From contig SVJA01000001.1 of NCBI GenBank assembly GCA_015069195.1, positions 14,148 to 78,147 on the forward strand: a stretch of 64,000 nt of DNA, given 5' to 3'. Every line of letters starts with the position of its first letter. Within the stretch, counting starts at the first letter, position 1. This document shows, in pieces, positions 17,535 to 28,173 of this stretch. This DNA comes from Oscillospiraceae bacterium (GTDB lineage Bacteria; Bacillota; Clostridia; UBA1212). The translations under genes were made by a program, and so were the position numbers. The notes under the pieces are model-generated. The model ran no database searches. It worked only from the letters and a program-made list of their open reading frames with translations, and was not told the DNA's origin.

Positions 17535-18845
17535 ATGCAGGAAAACTTGAATGAAATTATGCAGGCAGCACAAGGTCTGGCAGAATTTATTGACCGATCG
17601 CCTACGCCCTATCACGCGGTATCGGAAACAGAGCGCATACTCACAGAAAAAGGCGCAAAAAAACTCTCTTTTACCGAGATGTCGGATGTAAAAGAAAACA
17701 CGCTCTACTATGTTATTCACGGAAATGCACTTTGTGCTTTTTCAGTAAATAAGAAAACTTTGAAAAACGGATTCGCAATTGCTGCGGCACATACCGACTC
17801 ACCTTGCTTTAAAATAAAGCCTTGCGGTTCTAAAATTGACAGCGGGTATGAGAGGATTTCGGTTGAAACTTACGGAGGAATGATTCTCCATACATGGCTT
17901 GACAGACCTTTAGCACTTGCAGGTCGTGTATATGCAGAAGTTAACGGCAAAGAAAAAGCAATTGATATTGATACAAAGAAACCTTGTATGATAATTCCGA
18001 GTGCAGCTATTCATATGGTAAGAGATATAAACGAAAATGCTAAGTTCACCGTTCAGAACGAACTTTCACCGGTGCTCACACAAGGCAAAGAAAAAAGCTT
18101 CACAAAATTTATTGCAACCCTTTGCGGTATAAAAGAACAAGAAATTTTGAGTTTTGACCTTATGCCATATGAAGCACAGCCGGCTTGCTTTACCGGCACG
18201 GATGACGAATTTTTATCGGCAGGCAGACTTGACGACCTTGCAATGGTTTATTCAATTTTTGACAGCATTCCCACGAGTGAAGAATTAAATGAAACATCCG
18301 GATGCTTTGCGGCATTTGCATTTGATAACGAAGAATGCGGTTCCAAAACCGCAAGCGGTGCAGAAAGCAAATTTGCAACGGCAGTTTTGGAAAGAGTTTG
18401 TGAATGTATGGGACTTACCCACGGAGAGTCACGTGCAGCATTGGCAAATTCGGTTATTTTTTCCGCTGATATGGCACATGCAGTTCATCCGGCTTACCCC
18501 GGAAAAAGCGATCCCGATATGCAGATCCGAATGAATGACGGCGTGGTTTTGAAAACATCAGCAAACCAATCGTATTCAAGCACACCCAAAGGCGCTGCAT
18601 ACTTCAAAAGACTTTGCAAAAAAGCCGAAGTACCTTGTCAGGAATTTGCTAACCACAGTGATATGCGTTCAGGACACACCATTGGACCTGTTCTTGCGGC
18701 TGAATTTTCAGCGCTTTCCATTGATATGGGTGCAGCTATGCTTTCAATGCATTCCGTAAGAGAACTTTGCGGAAGCCGTGATATCTTTTATATGAAGAAG
18801 CTCTTTGGTAAATTCTTTATTGCAAGTAATGATATAAAATTGTAA
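17535..18845 (+). CDS. M18 family aminopeptidase (aspartyl aminopeptidase-like)
   Basis: AAAHTDSPCFKIKP and downstream His/Asp/Glu metal-ligand pattern typical of M18. Confidence 0.85.
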   Translation: MQENLNEIMQAAQGLAEFIDRSPTPYHAVSETERILTEKGAKKLSFTEMSDVKENTLYYVIHGNALCAFSVNKKTLKNGFAIAAAHTDSPCFKIKPCGSKIDSGYERISVETYGGMILHTWLDRPLALAGRVYAEVNGKEKAIDIDTKKPCMIIPSAAIHMVRDINENAKFTVQNELSPVLTQGKEKSFTKFIATLCGIKEQEILSFDLMPYEAQPACFTGTDDEFLSAGRLDDLAMVYSIFDSIPTSEELNETSGCFAAFAFDNEECGSKTASGAESKFATAVLERVCECMGLTHGESRAALANSVIFSADMAHAVHPAYPGKSDPDMQIRMNDGVVLKTSANQSYSSTPKGAAYFKRLCKKAEVPCQEFANHSDMRSGHTIGPVLAAEFSALSIDMGAAMLSMHSVRELCGSRDIFYMKKLFGKFFIASNDIKL

Positions 18846-18890
18846 AATAATAAAAATTATGCTTTAAAATCAAATGAGAGGAAAACGATT

Positions 18891-20153
18891 ATGAAAAGTA
18901 AATTTGTTAAAATCCTGTCGGTAATGTTAGTACTGGTTCTCCTTCTTTGCTCTTGCGGGGAGGATAAGCCGAAAAACGATCCTACCGATGCGCCTGTTAT
19001 TACAGAAACTGTACTTCCTACAGAGACAGTCGAAGCTACAGAAGAAGCTACAAAGGCTCCGACAGTTGCTCCCACAGAGACAGCAAAGGCAACAGCTACA
19101 ACAAAGCCCACAGCTACACAGACAGCTAAGCCTACACCTACGGTAGCTCCTACGCCTACGCCCGATCCGTATGCTAAAAACACATACACAATAAAGCCTA
19201 ATCTTTCATCGATAAAGCTTGTCGGTCGTACTACAATGGTAGGTAACTATGTATCTTGTGACTGGTCAGCCAGTGGTATCGAATTCAAAGCAGACTGTAA
19301 AGGCACTGTAAAACTCAAAATAAAAGGTGACGGCGGCCAGCACAACTGCGGATATTTCTCAGTGTATATCGACGGAGTTAAGCAAACTAACAGAGTTCAG
19401 GTATCGACTTCCGGAACAAAAGAAGTAACAATCGCAACAAATCTTAAAGCCGGCGAACATACATTCAGATTCCTTAAGCAGACTTTTGTAAAACATGCTA
19501 AGTTCACTATTCAGTCTATTACTATGAACGGCACATTGGCGAAGGAAGCACCTGCTCAGCAGAAATACTACATGGAAGTTATCGGTGACAGTATCACATC
19601 CGGTCACGGAATTCTTGAAAAAAACGGTAATCCGTCAAGCTTTGATGCTACATCGGCTTATGCATTCCTTGCAGCAGAAACTCTCAAAGCTGACTACTCC
19701 ATCGTATCAGTTGATGGCATCGGTGTTACAAAAGGATACCAGACAGAGACTATGCCTCAGGTTTATCCCTACACTTGCTGGTATCGAAATACTACAAAAA
19801 AATACACTTCTGACAGACAGGCAAATGTAGTCGTTATCAACCTCGGTACAAACGATGCGACACACAAATCAAACACTACAACCTATATAAATGATGTTAA
19901 AACACTTATCGGTCAGGTTCGTGCGATTTACAAAGATGTTCCGATTGTATGGGTATATAACTCTATGAGAGCAGACTACAACGAGCATACTAAAACGGCC
20001 ATAGATGCACTCGGCGGAGAGTCAGCAGGTATCTATATGCTTAAGTTCACAGCTAATACAGCAGGCGGTAACGGGCATCCGTCAGCAGCAGCTCACGTAA
20101 CAGGAGCAAAAGTCTTGTCAGACTTTATTAAATCAAAAGGTTTTATGAAATAA
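18891..20153 (+). CDS. Lipoprotein with a Thr/Pro-rich linker, beta-sandwich domain and C-terminal SGNH/GDSL hydrolase domain (CE2-like carbohydrate esterase)
   Basis: Lipobox LLCSCG. Low-complexity PT linker. VIGDSITSGHG (GDSL block I) and NLGTNDATH (block III), with DxxH near the C-terminus. Confidence 0.75.
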   Translation: MKSKFVKILSVMLVLVLLLCSCGEDKPKNDPTDAPVITETVLPTETVEATEEATKAPTVAPTETAKATATTKPTATQTAKPTPTVAPTPTPDPYAKNTYTIKPNLSSIKLVGRTTMVGNYVSCDWSASGIEFKADCKGTVKLKIKGDGGQHNCGYFSVYIDGVKQTNRVQVSTSGTKEVTIATNLKAGEHTFRFLKQTFVKHAKFTIQSITMNGTLAKEAPAQQKYYMEVIGDSITSGHGILEKNGNPSSFDATSAYAFLAAETLKADYSIVSVDGIGVTKGYQTETMPQVYPYTCWYRNTTKKYTSDRQANVVVINLGTNDATHKSNTTTYINDVKTLIGQVRAIYKDVPIVWVYNSMRADYNEHTKTAIDALGGESAGIYMLKFTANTAGGNGHPSAAAHVTGAKVLSDFIKSKGFMK

Positions 20154-20172
20154 TTTAACGATTATTATTGAG

Positions 20173-20208
20173 TCGCCCGGGACCGTACGGTCCCGGGCGA
20201 CATTTTTT
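20173..20208 (+). terminator. Intrinsic terminator (perfect 14-bp GC-rich palindrome + T6)
   Basis: gtcgcccgggaccg-tac-cggtcccgggcgac followed by ttttttaat. Confidence 0.7.
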
Positions 20209-20221
20209 AATGAATGAATTT

Positions 20222-23200
20222 TCAATTATCTTTGTCAGAATTTTTGCTCCAGAAGTCTTCCGGTGAAACTACTTCGGGGAATCTTACATTTTTCGGATTT
20301 GAAGTATTTATACGACAAACCGATTTGAAATCACAATAACTGCAAGTGCCGACATTACCTCTTTCAGCAAAAGGTTTTGCAGGGAATTCACCCGCTCGCA
20401 TAGAATCCGCTGTTTCAGCAATATTTCTTTTAGCCTCTCCGACAAGTTTTTCAAAACCTCCCGGAGGTACGGCATTTTTGTTTTTTACACTGTTTGAAGT
20501 CACTTTGTAAACGCCACCGTGCAACGCTTCCATTGCATTTTCTTTTGCAAGGAAGAGTCCGGACATATAATGTTCCTTATCCAACGCATCTATTTCGCCC
20601 GTATGGCGCTTTTCGAGTTCGATATTAGACTTTTCAAAGCCGTAATAGAAAGCCGATGCTGGCTCCGTTTTTCGACCGTTAAATGCAGGCAGTTTATCGA
20701 GACCTGCTTCTGCAGCAGCAATATATACTATTAACTGCAATTCTTTTCCGTTTACTATGTCCGACAGGCTTATATCCTTTTGCGAGCTCTTATAATCAAT
20801 TACGCGGAAATACACTTTTGCATCTTCCTCTTCGGAAGTTTTGAGCAAGCCGGCGTCAATTCTGTCAATCTTACCGCCCACCAAAACTTTGAATCCGTCA
20901 TTGCACTCTACTTCGACCGGAGGCATTATACAGTCCTTACCTTCTCCGTAATTTGCTTCGAACAGCACAGGCTTCAGATGATTGTGGGCAAGCTGACCGA
21001 CCAGATTTTTCAACTCTTTTTTAGCAATATCTTTTACACGCGAAGTCAGATAAAGATTTCTTTCGCTTCCGCAGAATGTATCGTTTACTTCGCCGATCTG
21101 CTCCATAACTTTGTCAAACACACTATCTACAACATCGGAACATTCCTCGTAACTCATCGGACCCACCGAAGCATTACCGTCAGTTATTTCACGAAATGCA
21201 TTTTCTATCAATCCGTGTTGCAATGTACCTGTATCGGTCGCCTCAATCTTAAACTCTTTTCGAGGCTTTAATCTGAAACAATACTGCAATAAATACGAGT
21301 ACGGACATCCGTTGTAGGTATTCAATCTGGATACCGAAAGCACCGCTTTGTCAGATTCAAATCCAAGCACTTTTTCGGCAATATCACCTGAGATCGAGGT
21401 ATCGGATTCGAAGAAATCACGACTACCGGTATTTTTTTCTCCGCGGCTCTTTTTAATAAAATCAGTATTGCAAACTTCCACTGAAACATCCGGGAACATA
21501 CTCAATATTTTTCTTACCGCAGAAGACGGTCTCAATGCATCGCCTGATGACGAAGCAATCGCGTATGTCATAATCATTTTTTCGGACGGCGTCGTCAATA
21601 CCGTGTACATCACGAAGTCTGCATACAGCGCGCGTTTTTTGTTATCGTCGGAAAGCTCTACACCGCCGCGCAGAAGCATTTCTCTGTCGGAGTCAGTCAG
21701 CAGACCGTTATCTTTTATCGTTGACGGGAAGACACCCTCGTTCGCGCCTAGCAGTATCATAACTTTAGGATTCAAGCTTTTGGAACGTTCAGGGGTACCG
21801 ACCTGTACACATTCACCCGAATGAGGTATAAATCCTGCTCTGTACTGAGCAAAACCGTTTGCCAGAATATCCGCTATGTATTGAGATTTTATGTTTACTC
21901 CGCGAATCTCTTTGTCTCCCAAAAACATATCCGCCTGATTTAAAACTTCGAGAACTATATTCCATATACGTGAATACTCATCCGCCGAATCCAGACGACC
22001 TTCTTTTCTGAGTTCTGCAGCTTTTTCGGAAACGCTTTCATACACATCATTTTTAACCAAAAAATTTATTATTTCGTCGCAACAATCCGATACCGATTTA
22101 CAAAGTTTTATCTTTTCGCGGAAAGTTTCAATATCATTGAAAAGCTTTACTGCAAGCACATCAGCAGCTATATTATCCCTGTATGAATGTCCTTTTGCGG
22201 ATGCCTCTGCAATTTCAGCTTTACACTTTTCGACAAATTTCGACCAGCCTTTTACACCGGATCGGCCTTTTATACCCTTTGCCAGAACAATATTTTCGAG
22301 AATATCCACAACGGACATATTCTTTTCGTACAAGCCGGTCTTTAAAAAATTAAATACGGAAATATAGCTCCAATTTGACGAAATAAGTTCCATCAAACCC
22401 ACCGTATATCTTACAAGCGGATGCGACGAAATCTGTCGCTTTTCGTCGATAAAATAAGGAATCCCTTTCGATGTAAGAGCCGCACCGATGATGTTTTTAT
22501 ATATATCGTTGCTACCCGCAACCACAACAATGTCTCCGTAAGAATACCCTTCCGAAACAAGTTTTTTTATGCGCAAAGCAACTTCTTCAGCCTCATAGTA
22601 CCTGTTCTGACACTCGCACACCGTAATGCGTGTGTCACTGCCATACAATTTTACGAGAGGATATTTACCGTAATTTTTTTCCAGGTGAGCCAAATATTTA
22701 TTATTTTTAAAACGCGGCGGAATAACATCACCGTCACAAAGAATCATTGTCTCCGGTTTGACACCGATATTTTCGGCAAGCATTTTCAGTTTTCTGTACG
22801 TGCCGTTTGAGTTATCAAAAAGATTTCTGTCTTCCTGGTCTGCACATAAGCTTATGCACATCGCTTCACAGACAGTCAGAAGAACTGCTATTATCTCAAA
22901 CTCCTGTGCCGTAAAGCCATTGAACCCGTCTATCCAGACGTGAGAATTTTTGAACATCACATCGCCCGGTAATTCTTTTATAAAATCTCTGTAAAGTGTC
23001 TCGCTGTCGTAGAATTTACCCTCGGTAAGTTTTCTGTACTCGCTGTAAATTTTCGAAATGTCGGAAAGTTTTATTTTAAGTAAATTATCAGTATCTTCTT
23101 TTCCGGCAATCTCTGTAAGCTTTTCAGACGTAGCACCATATCTGCCAAACTCGTCTATCAAAGACAGCAGTGATTCCATTCCTCTCGGCTTTGTAGCATA

Positions 23201-23548
23201 GCCACCGTAAAACTCAAGCTCCGAAGATAAATTTCTAACAGCCTGCGTCAATATCATTATCTTCCCGGACGGTGAAAGCAATTCGTACTTCAGACCGCCC
23301 AGGCGACCTAGAACACGACAAGCCGCTCTTTTGAAACTTAACACCTCATCTATCATAAGACCGGGCAAACAAGCTTCAGTCATAAGTCTTTTTTCGGAAT
23401 TTACGGCAAACTGTTCGGGCACGATAAGATACGCAGGGGCGCCTCCGATGTCACCGCTGCGATTCTTTATGTATTCTGCCATTTGCTCTATGCAATAGCT
23501 GCTTTTTCCCGTTCCGGCCCTGCCGGTTACAATCTTTAATGTTGCCAA
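20222..23548 (-). CDS. addB: ATP-dependent helicase/nuclease subunit B
   Basis: N-terminal Walker A GRAGTGKSS. 1108 aa. C-terminal nuclease domain with the Fe-S Cys cluster (...GTCSYCDFKSVC). Confidence 0.85.
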   Translation of the reverse strand: MATLKIVTGRAGTGKSSYCIEQMAEYIKNRSGDIGGAPAYLIVPEQFAVNSEKRLMTEACLPGLMIDEVLSFKRAACRVLGRLGGLKYELLSPSGKIMILTQAVRNLSSELEFYGGYATKPRGMESLLSLIDEFGRYGATSEKLTEIAGKEDTDNLLKIKLSDISKIYSEYRKLTEGKFYDSETLYRDFIKELPGDVMFKNSHVWIDGFNGFTAQEFEIIAVLLTVCEAMCISLCADQEDRNLFDNSNGTYRKLKMLAENIGVKPETMILCDGDVIPPRFKNNKYLAHLEKNYGKYPLVKLYGSDTRITVCECQNRYYEAEEVALRIKKLVSEGYSYGDIVVVAGSNDIYKNIIGAALTSKGIPYFIDEKRQISSHPLVRYTVGLMELISSNWSYISVFNFLKTGLYEKNMSVVDILENIVLAKGIKGRSGVKGWSKFVEKCKAEIAEASAKGHSYRDNIAADVLAVKLFNDIETFREKIKLCKSVSDCCDEIINFLVKNDVYESVSEKAAELRKEGRLDSADEYSRIWNIVLEVLNQADMFLGDKEIRGVNIKSQYIADILANGFAQYRAGFIPHSGECVQVGTPERSKSLNPKVMILLGANEGVFPSTIKDNGLLTDSDREMLLRGGVELSDDNKKRALYADFVMYTVLTTPSEKMIMTYAIASSSGDALRPSSAVRKILSMFPDVSVEVCNTDFIKKSRGEKNTGSRDFFESDTSISGDIAEKVLGFESDKAVLSVSRLNTYNGCPYSYLLQYCFRLKPRKEFKIEATDTGTLQHGLIENAFREITDGNASVGPMSYEECSDVVDSVFDKVMEQIGEVNDTFCGSERNLYLTSRVKDIAKKELKNLVGQLAHNHLKPVLFEANYGEGKDCIMPPVEVECNDGFKVLVGGKIDRIDAGLLKTSEEEDAKVYFRVIDYKSSQKDISLSDIVNGKELQLIVYIAAAEAGLDKLPAFNGRKTEPASAFYYGFEKSNIELEKRHTGEIDALDKEHYMSGLFLAKENAMEALHGGVYKVTSNSVKNKNAVPPGGFEKLVGEAKRNIAETADSMRAGEFPAKPFAERGNVGTCSYCDFKSVCRINTSNPKNVRFPEVVSPEDFWSKNSDKDN

Positions 23549-23583
23549 AACAAATCACCTGAAAAGATTTTTATAATCAATTA

Positions 23584-24573
23584 TTACTCAGCAAAATCCT
23601 CGCCGTTCTCATACAAAGGTTTGTAAATAGCTCTGTTATCAAGCGAACGTTGTCTTTCACTGAAAGTACCCGGTTCCAATCCCTGCACTATTTTCTTCAT
23701 ATCGTACATTCTTGCATCAAGTATATCGAGGTAATGCAAAAGCTCAGCCTCGGGGAAATGCGGATATTTCGGGCTTCCGTATTCCGGTAAATAGTGGTGA
23801 GAAAGTATCATATGCTGGAGCATAAGTGCCTTTTCTTTGTTTATGTTAAGCATTTCAGCATATTTACCTATGATCATCATTCCCTGTGAAATATGTCCGA
23901 GAAGCGTACCTGCAACAGAATATTCCTCTACAAGACCAGAATCTCCTGTAGTCATTTCCTCTATTTTCCCGATATCGTGCAAAATTACACCTGCATAAAG
24001 CAAATCTTTATTCAAGAAATCATTGTATACGCTTATAAGCGCTTCTGCAGCCTTGAGCATAGTAGATACGTGGTACAAAAGACCTCCTCTGACGGCATGG
24101 TGGTTGCTCTTTGCCGCAGGGAAAAATAAAAGCTTTTCTCTGTACACATCTATCAACGTCAGAACGATAGCCTGGTAATCAACATCTTCTATATTTGAAG
24201 CAACGTTCTCGACGTATGAAAGCATCGATTCAGCGCTCACGGGAGCAGACGGCACAAAGTCCTCTATCGAAACATTATCATCGGAAATAGTCTTTCTTAT
24301 TCTTTCAATCTTAAACTGGATCTGACCCTGCCACTCCACTATGTGACCCTGAGCCTTTACTATGATGCCTGCAGGATATCTTTTTGCATTATCCTCGTCT
24401 CCGTCCCACAGTTTAGCATTTATATCGCCCGTTTTATCGGACAGTGTAAAATTCATATATCGGCTGTTTGTCGCAGTCTGCTTCATTTCAGAAATTCTGA
24501 TATAAAAATAACCTACAACAAAATCGTTTGCTTTGAAATCCTTTACACATTTATTTATCGGTTGCTCTGCCAT
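23584..24573 (-). CDS. yhaM: OB-fold + HD-domain 3'-5' exoribonuclease (YhaM-like)
   Basis: N-terminal OB-fold, then an HD domain (ILHDIGK...HH). Confidence 0.7.
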   Translation of the reverse strand: MAEQPINKCVKDFKANDFVVGYFYIRISEMKQTATNSRYMNFTLSDKTGDINAKLWDGDEDNAKRYPAGIIVKAQGHIVEWQGQIQFKIERIRKTISDDNVSIEDFVPSAPVSAESMLSYVENVASNIEDVDYQAIVLTLIDVYREKLLFFPAAKSNHHAVRGGLLYHVSTMLKAAEALISVYNDFLNKDLLYAGVILHDIGKIEEMTTGDSGLVEEYSVAGTLLGHISQGMMIIGKYAEMLNINKEKALMLQHMILSHHYLPEYGSPKYPHFPEAELLHYLDILDARMYDMKKIVQGLEPGTFSERQRSLDNRAIYKPLYENGEDFAE

Positions 24574-24589
24574 AAAATCTACCTCCGAA

Positions 24590-25432
24590 TTATTTCTTTA
24601 AATTATTATATCCGTTCTCTCTTATGTATGTTTCAAAATCCGCAAAACATAAGTCCATATCACAATCACCCTCTACGCCGGGCACATTTCCGGTTGCGGA
24701 ATACTGCCACACGAGATACGGAAAAACGCATGCGTTATTATCGCTCCATCTTGCAACCCAAAAAGGATATTTTGTAAGTTGTACCGGAAAAAGTTCCGTT
24801 CTGGCAAATTTGAGATTGCAGTAATAACCAGAGTAGTAACCGTTTTCGATCAACGTATCACAGAAAGTTTTTACCATATCGGTAAGGAGCTGGTTATCAA
24901 GCATCGTTATATTTCCCGGTTCGGAGCCGTGTTCGTCCTCTACATCATAAAACACAGGAAGTTCGAGCTCATATTTTTTCTCGTCAAGGAGTCTTATGAC
25001 CTTTTGCGCTTCCTCATATGACTCCTCGATACTCTGCGCACCCATAAAGTAATAACAACCGACCAGAAGACCGTTTTGTTTTGCTTTGGTGTAGTTTATA
25101 TCAAAGTATCCATCCTTCTCCATATTGTAACGGGCAAGCCTCAGGATTACACCTTTTACACCGCTCTCTTTTACCGCCTTAAAATCAACATCCTCTTGCC
25201 ATGCAGAGACGTCTATCACGCGAAAAGGCTCTATAAGTTTCGGTAAAACATCTGACGAATTTTCATTTCTTACACCTGTAAATGCAGTGTATTTTTCTGC
25301 GGCATCTACATTTACTTCTGAGTTATATTCCCACGATTTACTTTTACCGAAATCACAAGCCGTGAAAAAACTCATCAGAACAAGTGCTAATACAAATATC
25401 AATATTTTAATAATACATTTTCTAAACGACAT
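24590..25432 (-). CDS. GH25 family muramidase (lysozyme), lipoprotein
   Basis: VIDVSAWQEDVDF...GCYYF motifs of GH25. Lipobox FFTAC. Confidence 0.8.
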   Translation of the reverse strand: MSFRKCIIKILIFVLALVLMSFFTACDFGKSKSWEYNSEVNVDAAEKYTAFTGVRNENSSDVLPKLIEPFRVIDVSAWQEDVDFKAVKESGVKGVILRLARYNMEKDGYFDINYTKAKQNGLLVGCYYFMGAQSIEESYEEAQKVIRLLDEKKYELELPVFYDVEDEHGSEPGNITMLDNQLLTDMVKTFCDTLIENGYYSGYYCNLKFARTELFPVQLTKYPFWVARWSDNNACVFPYLVWQYSATGNVPGVEGDCDMDLCFADFETYIRENGYNNLKK

Positions 25433-26041
25433 TTATACTCCCTCTGTCATTTCGGCAATTAATTTCTCACAAACACTGTCAAGTTCTTTCACTACATCAT
25501 CCGACACAGAAAAAGCAAAAAGTTTTTCGAGCGGCACCTCGCATATATGTTCTACAGCCTGCTCGGTTCCGATGAATTTGTAAGTAACGTTCGGAAAATA
25601 ACCCTGTATAGATACAAGTCGCATACGGTAAATACAATAAATAAGTTCTTCGGACATCAAACCTTTGCTCAGATAAAACAGAGAATTAAGCAAAAGCCTG
25701 AGACTCTCTTCGTCTTCGAGATTTTCCTGTGTTACTCTTGCCGCAAGTTTTAATATTTTTCCCGCTATAGTAAGTCTGTCCAAATCTTCTCGGAGTCCGT
25801 AGAATGACTCTATAAGCTGTGCATCTTTTAATGTATATATGTCGCCCTTTCCTCTATAAAGCTCCATATCGCTGTAGCAAAAAACCTGTGCAACAGCGGT
25901 GAATCTACCACCTATTTTTTTAGCACCACGCACAGATACAGAAATTTTACCGAGCTTATCGGAAAAGCATGTCAGCATTTTATCATTTTCACGAAATTGT
26001 GCTTCTCTGAGCACAATCGCTTTTACATGTACAATTTCCAT
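25433..26041 (-). CDS. recO: DNA repair protein RecO
   Basis: N-terminal OB-fold pattern (VKAIVLREAQFRENDKMLTCFS...GKISVSVRGAKK). Conserved recO-era linkage. Confidence 0.8.
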   Translation of the reverse strand: MEIVHVKAIVLREAQFRENDKMLTCFSDKLGKISVSVRGAKKIGGRFTAVAQVFCYSDMELYRGKGDIYTLKDAQLIESFYGLREDLDRLTIAGKILKLAARVTQENLEDEESLRLLLNSLFYLSKGLMSEELIYCIYRMRLVSIQGYFPNVTYKFIGTEQAVEHICEVPLEKLFAFSVSDDVVKELDSVCEKLIAEMTEGV

Positions 26042-26046
26042 ATCAT

Positions 26047-26979
26047 TTAATCATTTTTGAAACCTAGTTCTTTGAGCATCGACGGACTGTTTCTCCAATC
26101 GGGCTTTACTTTTATCCAAAGCTGCAGATTCACCTTACCACCGATAAGTTTCTCTATATCATGTCTTGCGGCAGTACCTATTTTCTTCAACATCGCACCC
26201 TGCTTACCGATAAGTATCGTTTTGTGAGTACTCTTTTCGCAATAAATATTTGCCTCTATGGTGCAAGCCTTTCCTGTAAATTTAGCTTCTTTAAACGAAA
26301 CAATCTCTATACCAACTCCATGAGGAACTTCGTCATTTGTGAAAAGAAGTATTTTCTCACGAATAATTTCTCTGGTAATTTCACGCACATTTGTATCGGT
26401 CAATATATCCTCTGAAAAATATGCAGGACCTTCGGGAAGTGCATCTACCAAAGTTTTAAGTATTATATCCGTGCCGTCTTTCTTTACTGCAGAAATAGGA
26501 ATTATCTCGTCAAACTCCATAAGTTCGGACATCTTGGCAATAATTTCAAGAGCCTGTTCTTTTGCAACCAAATCCATTTTTGTGATAACAAGGAAAACCT
26601 TTGTCTTACTGTTACGTGTGGCCTTTATCTCTTCTATAATTTTCAAATCACTCTGCGGAATTTCTTTGTTTGTAACATCATAAAGATACATAACAACATC
26701 CACTTCACTGAAAGTCGATGTTGCAGCCTGTACCATAAAATCACCGAGTTTATTTTTCGGTTTGTGTATGCCGGGAGTATCAATAAAAATTATCTGATAA
26801 TCCTTCTCGGTTATAATCGCACGCATATTATTTCTGGTAGTCTGCGGTTTCGGAGAAGTAATCGCAATTTTTTCTCCCAACAGATGATTTATCAAAGTCG
26901 ACTTTCCGACATTAGGTCTTCCGACTACCGTTACAAAACCCGATTTGTGATTTGCCATAGTTTTTTGCAATCCTTTCAA
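26047..26979 (-). CDS. era: GTPase Era
   Basis: GRPNVGKST (G1), DTPG (G3) and NKMD (G4), plus a C-terminal KH domain. Confidence 0.9.
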   Translation of the reverse strand: MKGLQKTMANHKSGFVTVVGRPNVGKSTLINHLLGEKIAITSPKPQTTRNNMRAIITEKDYQIIFIDTPGIHKPKNKLGDFMVQAATSTFSEVDVVMYLYDVTNKEIPQSDLKIIEEIKATRNSKTKVFLVITKMDLVAKEQALEIIAKMSELMEFDEIIPISAVKKDGTDIILKTLVDALPEGPAYFSEDILTDTNVREITREIIREKILLFTNDEVPHGVGIEIVSFKEAKFTGKACTIEANIYCEKSTHKTILIGKQGAMLKKIGTAARHDIEKLIGGKVNLQLWIKVKPDWRNSPSMLKELGFKND

Positions 26980-27033
26980 AAGAACAGTTTTTATTATCTT
27001 TTATTATATCATAAACGTTTAAAATTATAAAGC

Positions 27034-27063
27034 AAAACCCGACGATTGAAATCAACCGTCGGG
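27034..27063 (-). terminator. Intrinsic terminator after lipoprotein paralogue A
   Basis: cccgacg-attgaaatcaac-cgtcggg hairpin with an A-run on the plus strand (T-run on minus). A near-identical copy follows paralogue B. Confidence 0.55.
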
Positions 27064-27093
27064 TCAAGTAATACAATTTTTTTATTCTATATA

Positions 27094-27990
27094 TTATTTG
27101 TAAGCCTTAGCTTCATCAAGTGATGTAAAGAATCCCATATACTGGATATCAAATGATCCATCTACATCAGGAAGGTCAAATCTGACAGCAGAGAAATCTC
27201 TGTCCAATTTTGTTGACGGTGTTACTTGTAAAGTATTTGAAGCGCCTTTTGCTCTAAGGTCAATATAGTAAGTCTTGAATTCAGTATCATTTGAAGAAAT
27301 ACCTCTTATATCGACTGTATCACTACCGGTAACGTGACCACCCTGTTCAAACAAGAACAACTGGAACATAGAATCCGCAGTATTGTTTTTCATAACAATC
27401 TTAAAGATAGGATAATCCTGAAGAGCTGCAGAATAAGGACCTGCACCATTTTCTTCTCCACCTAAATCATACAAATACACAAACGGATCGCTGCCTGTAA
27501 TATCGAAAGTGGCATATCCCGGTTTTGAACCATCCGGATCAATAACAGTAATTTCAGTATTGCTTCTGTCATTCCAACCGGCCTGTATATGGAAATAACC
27601 CTCAGAATACAATTCACCTTCTACGTAAGAAATAGAACCGTTTCTGAAATCTATATCAAGGCAATCTATATCAGAGTTATCCGGCATCTCCCAATCACCT
27701 GCAGGCTCTTCGGGGGTCTCCGGCTCATCGGGCGTCTCGGATTCTTCGGGAGTAGCTGACTCTTCGGGAGTAGCTGACTCTTCAGGAAGTTCTGATTCCT
27801 CAGGAAGCTCTGACTCCTCGGGGAGCTCTGACTCTACAGGAAGCTCTGACCCTGCAGGAGCTGTGGTAGCTGGAGCTGATGTAGTAGTTGTAGGTTTCTT
27901 TGTAGCTTTATTATTTTTCTTGCCACCGCAACCGGCAAAACAGCCGAGTGCAAGACATATAACCAAAATCAAAGCTAAAATCTTTTTCAT
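27094..27990 (-). CDS. Lipoprotein paralogue A: PT-linker, (ESELPE)n acidic repeats, conserved about 170-aa C-terminal domain of unknown function
   Basis: MKKILALILVICLALGCFAGCG lipobox. Tandem ESELPEESELPEESELPEESATPEESATPE. C-terminal domain shared with the downstream paralogue (GDWEMPDNS.IDC...YPIFKIVMKN...SNDTEFKTYYIDLR...IQYMGFF...AYK). Confidence 0.7.
   Translation of the reverse strand: MKKILALILVICLALGCFAGCGGKKNNKATKKPTTTTSAPATTAPAGSELPVESELPEESELPEESELPEESATPEESATPEESETPDEPETPEEPAGDWEMPDNSDIDCLDIDFRNGSISYVEGELYSEGYFHIQAGWNDRSNTEITVIDPDGSKPGYATFDITGSDPFVYLYDLGGEENGAGPYSAALQDYPIFKIVMKNNTADSMFQLFLFEQGGHVTGSDTVDIRGISSNDTEFKTYYIDLRAKGASNTLQVTPSTKLDRDFSAVRFDLPDVDGSFDIQYMGFFTSLDEAKAYK
27705..27850. 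repeat. Tandem 18-bp coding repeats (ESELPE/ESATPE units)
   Basis: ctcttcgggagtagctga and ttcctcaggaagctctga style units repeated about 7 times in frame. Confidence 0.7.
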
Positions 27991-28106
27991 AGTATAATCC
28001 TCCTAGTGATTTATGTACTAAGATTATACAACATTACAATGACAAAAAGCAACAGATATTAAAAAGTCAATACAGATCCAATATTATATTCACGATTTAT
28101 TAACAT

Positions 28107-28137
28107 AAAACCCGACGGTTGAAAATCAACCGTCGGG
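28107..28137 (-). terminator. Intrinsic terminator after lipoprotein paralogue B
   Basis: cccgacggttga-aaa-tcaaccgtcggg: a perfect 12-bp stem preceded by AAAA on the plus strand. Confidence 0.55.
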
Positions 28138-28173
28138 CAATCTGTAAATCAAAAGATTTGTAATGCTTATATA

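Noticed and set aside
18857-19189. Minus-strand ORF of 110 aa (Gly/Val/Ala-rich)
   Set aside because: It is the antisense reading of the Thr/Pro-rich linker of the SGNH lipoprotein, a low-complexity artefact.
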